From Salpingoeca rosetta (lineage: Eukaryota > Protista > Choanoflagellata), in contig JAWQFM010000017.1 of assembly GCA_033442325.1 (NCBI GenBank), positions 1,279,506 through 1,317,349 of the forward strand: DNA of 37,844 nt, given 5' to 3'. Below are positions 27,888 through 37,844 of this stretch, piece after piece; position 1 is the first letter of the stretch, and each line of letters starts with the position of its first letter. A program made the translations under genes and the position numbers. Under the pieces are notes generated by a model. The model made no database searches. It was not told the DNA's origin and saw only the letters and a list, made by a program, of their open reading frames with translations.

Positions 27888-30241
27888 TGTGTGTGTGTGT
27901 TTGTCAATGTGTGTGTGTGTGTGTGTTTGTCAATGTGTGTGTGTGTGTGTGCGTGTGACACAGCTCTCGCTCTTGTTGAATGCATGCGCCCGCTGCTGTT
28001 TCACTTCTTTGAGTGCGATCGCGCTGTCTGCTGCAACTGCCCGCAAGTGAGCAAACAAACAAGCACAGTGGCCTTCAACTCCACCTCTCACTTCACGTCT
28101 CACCTCACGCATCCACCTCACGCATCCACGCCACGTCTTCCCCCTCTCTCCCAAATTCACATCCCCTCTAGCGCACGCCGAGGAGAACAATCAACTTCCA
28201 GTCTGTGCAAGTCTCGCCGCCAGGATCAACGCTGGTGACAGAGTCGGTGGTCGACGACGCAGACCACGACGGCCGGGCCAGCCGAGACCATGGAGACAGT
28301 CACCGCCCTAATCGCCGACGAACCACACACCGCAACCACAGCAGTGACGACGAGAGCGACACAGACAGCGACACCAGCATTGACCGACCGCCAAGCACGC
28401 ACCTGCCAATGTCGCCAAGCCGAGCGCGAACACCCGTGCAGGCGCTCAAGCCGATCGGTTCGCTGATGACACCGCTCAACCCCACCAGCGACACAACCAC
28501 GTCTGCTGCACCTTCGACTATTCGGTCGCCTGCGTCCAGAACAAGCACAAAGCAGCGCGCTGCCTTCTCCTCTTCCTCCTCCTCCTCTTCCTCTACTGCT
28601 AAGGTCACGCGCATCAGCGACACCGTGCTGGGAAACAACCTGATGGAGTTTGATATGGAGGGTGGGCAGCGCAGACAGCAGCCGGCCCAGCCCGCGTGCA
28701 TCGCCGAATGCAAACCCTGGCACGCGCTTGTGGCGTTCCTGCTGCTGCTGCTTGCCGTGTGCGGCACCGTCGTCCCCGTCATGCTGTATTCGAGCGGCGG
28801 CAGCGACGGCGGATCAGGTGGCGACAGCAGCGGCAGCAGCGGCGGGTCAAACACCCCCTCGCCACCGCCACCATCCCCTCCCATGTTCGCCACCAACCTC
28901 ACCTGGAGCACAGCCATTGCCTTTGCCGTCGAGCTTCGCCCTGCATCGGCCAACACCACCGCCGCCTCCATCGTCCTGCCAGCAAGTGCGGGCAGCGCAG
29001 CCATCGTCGTGGGCTCCACCACAGGCGTGATCGGCGCTGGCGCCGGTCCAAGTGCGGGGGGCAGCGACGCGTTTGCGTGCCGCATATCCACAGGCAGTGG
29101 TGCTGTGCAGTGGTGCGTGCAGTTTGGGTCAGCAGGCGACGATGACGCGCGTGCAGTCGCAGCAACCGCGGACGGGTTGCTCGTCTATGTTGGGGGCGTT
29201 GCCGGTGGCAGCATGCTCGGCAAGGCAGGCTCGGGCGAGGCAGACCTCTTTGTCGTGTGCCTGCAGGGAAGCGACGGCGCCGTCAGCTGGACACGCCTCA
29301 TCGGCACATCGCGCGCTGATGCGTTTGGCGGACTCGTGCTGGACCGCGATGGCGACGTGTTCATCACAGGCCACCTCTCCTCCACCCAGGGCTCGCCCAC
29401 CAGCACGACCACGGACGAGCTGTATGTGGCGCGGCTGGCGGGTGGCACGGGCATGGTGCAGTGGCAAACACGCATCGGGTCGTCCGGCGACACGCACGGC
29501 CGGGCTATTGCCGTGGACGCGAGCAGTGGCAACATCTACATCACGGGCGACACAACAGCGGTCACAGCATTCAACGACGACGATGGCTCTACGTCGCTCA
29601 CGGATGCGTTTGTTGTCTGTCTCAAGGGCTTTGACGGTTCTGTTGTGTGGCGACGGCAAATCGACACGGGGGACCAGGACATTGGGCACGCGGTTGCTGT
29701 TGGGGAGCAAGGCCTGCTCTACGTGACAGGGGAGACAGCCGGTGTGGCAGCGGCAGCGGAAGATGCCACGGCGCAAACAGATGTGTTGGTGCTGTGTCTG
29801 AGAACAACAGACGGGCGCGTGCTATGGACAACGCAGCTTGGCTCATCTTCTGGCCGCGATGTGGGTTATTCCGCCGCCGTTGACGGGAATGGTCTGGTGT
29901 ACATTGGTGGGAGAGCTGGTGGCGATGTAACGCGCGTGGTTGATTCATCCACCCTCGATGATGGTGATGATGATGATGGTGGTGGTGGTGGTGGTGGTGG
30001 TGGTGATGCTACAGGTGGGAGTGGTGATGTTGCGAGCAATGGCGGTCATGGTTTCGTGGCGCGCGTGAGTGGTGACAGTGGGCAGTTTCTCGGGAGCAAG
30101 AAGGTGCTGGAGGCACACGGCAGCAGTGCTGCCTATGGCGTTGCTGTGAGCAGTGATGGGTTCTTGTTTGTTGTCGGCCAGGCCGACACCACATCATCAT
30201 CCTCAACAGCTGCATTCATGCTTTCCCTACAACAGACGTAA
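27684..30241 (+). CDS. Single-pass type II membrane protein with a C-terminal SBBP-like beta-propeller, ~720 aa, 2 or more exons
   Basis: Exon 1 27684-27785 (CCG|GTGCGT). Exon 2 from 28172 (alternatively 28202) to TAA at 30241. Disordered N-terminus, hydrophobic helix ALVAFLLLLLAVCGTVVPVMLY, G/S/P stalk, then ~60-aa repeats such as DAFACRISTGSGAVQWCVQFGSAGDDDARAVA and AIAVDASSGNIYITGDT. Confidence 0.8.
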
Positions 30242-30254
30242 TATGCGTGCGCGT

Positions 30255-30321
<67 letters not shown>

Positions 30322-30724
30322 CGCGCGCGCGCCACAGACATGGCCTCCTGTCAATGCCGGGTCATTACAAGTATACGGTTGTTTTCATGAGGAGTGGCAG
30401 ATGTCATCTGGTTGATTAAACCTCCATGACAGCCTCAAAAACGAAAAGGCCAGATACGAGACAGGAGCATGGAGCACAAGCAGATTGACATACAATCGGG
30501 CAGAGGTACAAACACCACATCAACACAGCAAGGGGCGTGATAGCTGAAGGCAGGCGGACACGCAAACGAACAGCAAGCAACGGACAGGTGTATGTAAAGA
30601 GGTACAAAGAAGTGGAACAAAACAGACGGGGCAGGCAGGCGCAAGCAGGGATTGGGTGGCAGATGGCTTCACTTGTTCGGATCAGTTGAAGCGCCAGTTC
30701 AAACAACGAGACGACATGAACAGT

Positions 30725-33269
<2,545 letters not shown>

Positions 33270-34141
33270 GGCTACAGTCGTCTCAGCGTCTCGTTCTCGT
33301 GAGTACTTCTGACTTGAGTGATGCTTGACGTAGTGACGTGGTGGAACTGGAGCTCTTGGAGGTGTACGGAGACGGCTGCGTGCAAGTGTGTACTTGTGCA
33401 GGTCGAGGTTGTTGGTGGACGAAGATGGAAATGTCATTCGGCAGGCAGACGGAGCAAGTCAGCGACAGCGTCGCAGCAGCCGCCAAAGTCAGGTCAGCGC
33501 ATCTCCATGGTTGGTTGGTTCAGTGGTGGACGCAAGGAAACGTTTTGCTTGCGTTTGGGCAGGATCACGTCATGCGACTGAAATCAGTCGCCACACGTTT
33601 TGCGACTTGCTGACTCAAGGGACACACAACGTTCACACACACGCACACACGTACATGCGGTGGACTTTTTTGACATCCTAGCTGGCAGTGTCGCTTTGAC
33701 GCGCAAGGTGCTCTGCTGCACCACATGATTGGCGGTGCCGCCCATCTTGGAATGTAGATAATCGAGGGCCAAGGAATCAAAACAGAAGACACCAATGTGC
33801 TGTGAGAGAGTGCGTGTGTTTGGTGTGTGCGTGAGTGAGAGATTACAGCGCACACGCTTACACCTTTACACGACGGTTTGATGTCGACAAACACACCTAA
33901 CACAACCAGCACTTGAAAGCGAGCAAACGGGTTGGCAAAATGGATATCGAACGGTGGACTGACACACGCAGCCAAAAAAGGAACACACAGGAAACAAGGC
34001 GTAAGGCATGGTGGAGAACGATGCATGCAGGCAACTTGAAAAGAGAAAGCAAAGCAACACACCTGGCAACGTGCATACAAGGCAAGCGCATAAACACACA
34101 CCCAGTGTGCATGTGCACGCACACACACACACACACACACA

Positions 34142-34178
<37 letters not shown>

Positions 34179-34184
34179 CTCTTT

Positions 34185-36255
34185 TCACTTCTCTCCACTC
34201 GCTCCCATCTTGATGGCGTTGCGCCAGTCGGCAAGCGTCAGCTCCGAACGGTCGTCCAGGCGGAAGACAAAGGTTCGCCCAGGCACGGTTACGTGCAGCT
34301 CCTCACCACCCTGAGTAAGCTCAGCTGACTGCACGGTTGAAAGCGGGATGCGCCGCTTTGCTGCTCGGTCTGCCGACTCGCCATATTCCAGGTGGCCATC
34401 CTCAGCCTTGCACCAGAACGGGCGATACGCAGCCCTCCGCCAACGGCCCCGCTTCTGCAGCCACCCCGCAAGCGGCTTGGTGGGGTGCCCGGAAATGGGC
34501 TGCTGTTGCTGTTGATGTGCTTGTTTGGGCTGGCTGGTGTCATCAGCACGGTCTCCGCGAATGCGCCGCAGGTCGGCTTCAGCTCGGTGTGTGTTCGGGT
34601 GGTCTGGTCCAAGCGTCTCTGTGAAAATGTCAACCACGCGTTGCATGTAGTCGCACGCCTGCTCCTTGTTGCCACGTTCATCATGCACGAGGGCGATGTT
34701 GGCAAGCGTCATGGCCGTGCTAGGGTGCTTCTCTCCGAACGCCTCCACGGTGATGGAGAGGTCCTTTTCATAAAACGCATTGGCCTTGTCGTACTCGCCG
34801 TTGCTCTTGTAGACGTTGCCCAAGTTGTTGTATGTACTGGCTGTGCTTGGGTGCTTATCTCCAAGCGTCTCCACCCTGATGGCGAGAGCCTTCTCCAGGT
34901 ACTCAATCGCCTTGTCGTGGTCGCCCTTGCTGTCAAAGGCGTTGCCCAAGTTGCCGTAGGACTGCGCTGTGGTCGGATGCTTCTCGCCCAGCCTCTCCAG
35001 CGCGATGGCGAGGGCCTTCTCATAGTGCTCAATCGCCTTGTCATGGTCACCGTTGCTGGCGTAGGCGAGGCCCAAGTTGTCGTAGATTGATGCTGTGCTC
35101 GGGTGCGTCTCCCCCAACGTCTCCACAAACACCTCCTTCGCCTTCTCGTAATTCTCAATGGCCCTGTCGTACTGGCCGTCGTTGCTGCAGGCGATGCCGA
35201 GGTTGTTGTAGGATGCGGCCGTGTTCGGGTGCTTCTCCCCCAGCGCTTCCACCCTGATGGCGAGTGCCTTCTGGTAACACTCAGCAGCCTTGTCAAACTC
35301 GCCCTTGCCGTGATATGCAGCGCCAAGGTTGTTGTATGCCACGGCTGTCCTCACGTGCTGCTCCCCCAGCTTCTTCGCTGTGATGGCGAGGCCCTTCTTG
35401 TGGTGCTCAATCGCTTTGTCGTACTCGCCCTTGTCATCGTACGCCTCACCAAGGTTCGTGTACACCGTAGCCACGCTGTCTCCGTTCTCCCCTTCGGTGC
35501 GCAGCAGGATTGCCAGTGCTGCTTCCAAGAAGCCGAGCGCCTTGTCGTACTCGCCCTTCTTGGTGTATGCGATGCCAATGCTGGCCTTCAACGCAGCCAC
35601 GTCGCCCTCGTTTCCCGCCTCAGCGTGGAGCGCCAGCGCCGCCTCATAGTATGCAATGGCCTGATCGTGCTCGCCAAACTCACGAAGGACAAGCCCCACT
35701 TGGTGGCACAACCGTGCGAATGCCTCGGTCTTGTCCTCGCCTCGTGCGTGCATGCCCGTCACCGCCGCCACCGCCTTCTCCAGGCACCACGCGCGCAGCT
35801 GGTCCTTGACGGCCTGGTTGAGAGCACCAAAGCCCACGCCGTTCTGGATGGCCTCGAAGATCATGTCCTTGTCGCGCGGGTTGAAGGCCTCTGCCCGCTC
35901 TGCCTGCACGCGCACCAAAGTATCGGTCACTGCCTCGTAGTTGTCAGAGATGGCATCTTCCAGCGCCTTCTCCTCGCTGTTGGGCAGGCGGATGTTGACC
36001 TCTGTGCCCTCGTTGCTGATGCCGCAGAAGATTTCCCACAGGCACCACGCACGGGTCAGTGGCACGGGGTCACGCCACGGCATCAACACCAGCAGCACGC
36101 GCCCAATGTTGGCAATCGACTCCTTGAATGTCGTGCTCCACCTGCGGGTGGGGTGGGGGGGGGAGGGTGTTGTGGTGTGGAGGGAGGTGGGAGAGGAGAG
36201 GGCGTGGGAGTGTGCAAGAAACGGGGAGGTATAGCACGCAGGCGCACACACAGCT

Positions 36256-36315
<60 letters not shown>

Positions 36316-36765
36316 GCACGCACACACACACACACACACGCACGCACGCACACAAACAACGCACCACTCTTGTGGGAGGTTGGCGGTGACGTTGGCGTTT
36401 TGGTTGTTCATGAAGAGGTCAAACCAGAAGAACACGGGCTGGCTGTCTTCCTTGCTTGCTCTTTGTTCCTCAGCAAACTCCAGCAGCACGTTGAGCACGT
36501 CTGCGATCTTGTATCGCCACGCGTGCGACACAAACACGGTGGCCTTGCCTACATGTTCATGTGATGACTGCTTGCGCAAGAGGTCGACGTACGCGCAGTT
36601 GTCTTGTTGTGTGCGTGGCACCACGAGCTGCTTGCAGGCATCCTCCGTTGTCATCTCGGTGTACGTGTCGGGGAACTCCTTCTTCAGGTCTGCGAGGAAG
36701 GTCTTGACCGCGTCCACAGACACGCCGTCCGTCAGGCGGTGCTCGTCGTTGTCGTCATCGGCCAT
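34185..36765 (-). CDS. Protein with N-terminal TIR/HET-like domain, kinesin-light-chain-type 42-aa TPR array and C-terminal PH domain, 785 aa, 2 exons
   Basis: Exons 36765-36365 and 36141-34185 (2358 nt), start context gccATGg. N-terminal motifs VFVSHAW, FFWFDLF, LTRAWCLWEIF. About 7 well-conserved GEKHPxTAxxYxNLG repeats plus 2 degenerate ones. PH motifs LAGWLQKRG...YRPFWC...LEY...RTFVFR...WRNAIK. Confidence 0.88.
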
Positions 36766-36949
36766 GGTCGCAGTCTGTGTTGAGTGTCGTTGGGCGAGAG
36801 TACGGTGCGCTTGGGTGCTAGGGTGCGCTGCTGCAGTTGGTGGTGGTGGTTGAAGGCGATTCAGGCAGATGATTTCCAGTGTGATTGTGGCAGCTGGGAT
36901 TACAAACCCTCGAATAATTTTTTTTCGCCACATCTTTCCAGAAGGTTCT

Positions 36950-37357
36950 TGTAAGCTCTTTGGTTGTGTCAGTGTACTGTGGTCGATGTCGTGGTCAAAC
37001 AGTAAAACAAAAGAATGAACAAGACGAACGTGACACTCGCACAAAAGGGCATGAGCGGGTGCACAGAAAGAACAAGCAGGGAGAAACACGAGTACGAGAG
37101 CAAAAGCCGTAGGGGCTTTAGACAAAGGAAAACGAAAACAAAACAAAGGAGGGTTGCCACGTAGCGTGACAACAAACAAGCCAAGAGCAAAGGATACTGC
37201 TAAGAGCAATGCAACACTGCGGAGCAATGTAATTTGGGATGAGGTGGGAGAAGTGGTGAAAGACATGCGACAAGGCTCGGTCACGAAAGACGTGTGAAAA
37301 GAGTAGTAAAGAAGTGGGACAGAAAAGCACTGTCGACAGAGTCGACAAGTGCTTACA
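36950..37357 (-). repeat. 3' LTR (408 bp) of a Ty3/Gypsy chromovirus
   Basis: Bounded by the inverted termini TGTAAGC...GCTTACA (TG...CA), directly preceded on the minus strand by the polypurine tract GAAGGGGGAGGGTGAG (~37373-37358). Confidence 0.85.
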
Positions 37358-37428
37358 CTCACCCTCCCCCTTCAACTAACCACCCTCTCTTCCTTTCAGA
37401 CAAAACAGTCAACATTACAAACAACCAG

Positions 37429-37844
37429 CTAGCTGGGCTGGACTGGTCCAACGGCCGTGAGGAGCTCCGGGTGGTCGTTGAGGTAGTCCTGGAGCTGGTC
37501 GCAGCCTGCGACGTGCTTGGTGGGCTCCCAGGTCCTTGCATCGGGTCCGTACCCCTCCCAATCCACTAGGAACTGGAGAGTGCGGTGCTTGAAGCGATGA
37601 TCGAGGATCTTGTTGACGATGAACTTGACGTGGCCGTCGTGCACGATGGGCCGCGGTCGGTGTTGGCGCCTGCTGGCGAACTTGCGTGGGTTGGGGACGA
37701 ACTTCTTGAGCTTGCTGCAGTGGAATACCGGGTGACACGGTATCTTGACGGTAGCCCAAGCCGGAAGGAATCCGGCCTGTCTTGGGACAGGACCACGAAG
37801 GTCCCAGGTATCGTGTCGCAGTTCTTGCTGGGCGTGTCGTTCCG
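37429..37844 (-). pseudogene. Frameshifted pol C-terminus (integrase GPY/F region plus chromodomain)
   Basis: YLG(P)FVV...SFRLGLP...(V)HPVFHCSKLKKF is readable only with frameshifts near 37800 and 37735. It is followed by the chromodomain FIVNKILDHRFKHRTLQFLVDWEGYGPDARTWEP. Confidence 0.8.

Larger units (their letters stand above)
36950..37844 (-). mobile_element. Chromovirus (Ty3/Gypsy LTR retrotransposon) 3' end, truncated by the window edge
   Basis: Integrase C-terminal GPY/F region, chromodomain, polypurine tract and LTR occur in the canonical order on the minus strand. Confidence 0.88.

Noticed and set aside
34185-36765. Calling the TPR gene kinesin light chain or nephrocystin-3
   Set aside because: Only the repeat type is shared; there is no KLC heptad region, and the N-terminal and PH domains differ.
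36766-37362. Upstream part of the 430-aa ORF 36070-37362
   Set aside because: It is a chance open frame through the LTR that happens to be in frame with exon 1 of the TPR gene.

Overview
Eukaryotic, intron-rich, GC-rich genomic DNA with (TG)n/(CA)n microsatellites in nearly every intron and many polyQ/S/T tracts. The style and gene families suggest a choanoflagellate, most likely Salpingoeca rosetta (inference, not verified). Most ORF-track entries are microsatellite or antisense artefacts. Manual splicing gives eight protein genes whose exon phases close: an FKBP-like TPR co-chaperone (-), RhoA (+), Erv1/ALR sulfhydryl oxidase (+), a large low-complexity protein resembling ICE1 (-), a ~3000-aa ankyrin-WGR-PARP (+), a type II membrane SBBP beta-propeller protein (+), a tail-anchored RI-type LRR protein built from 84-nt exons (-), and a TIR/HET-like-TPR-PH protein (-). 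The window ends in a decayed chromovirus (Ty3/Gypsy) with a 408-bp 3' LTR. The strongest leads are (1) a strict intron polarity, UG-rich at the 5' end and CA/C-rich at the 3' end, that could pair splice sites by RNA structure; (2) an immune-receptor-like block made of a TIR/HET-like domain on variable 42-aa TPRs, an NLR-style LRR gene and an adjacent LTR; and (3) a candidate non-animal ICE1. All family assignments come from motif recognition by eye; no searches were run.
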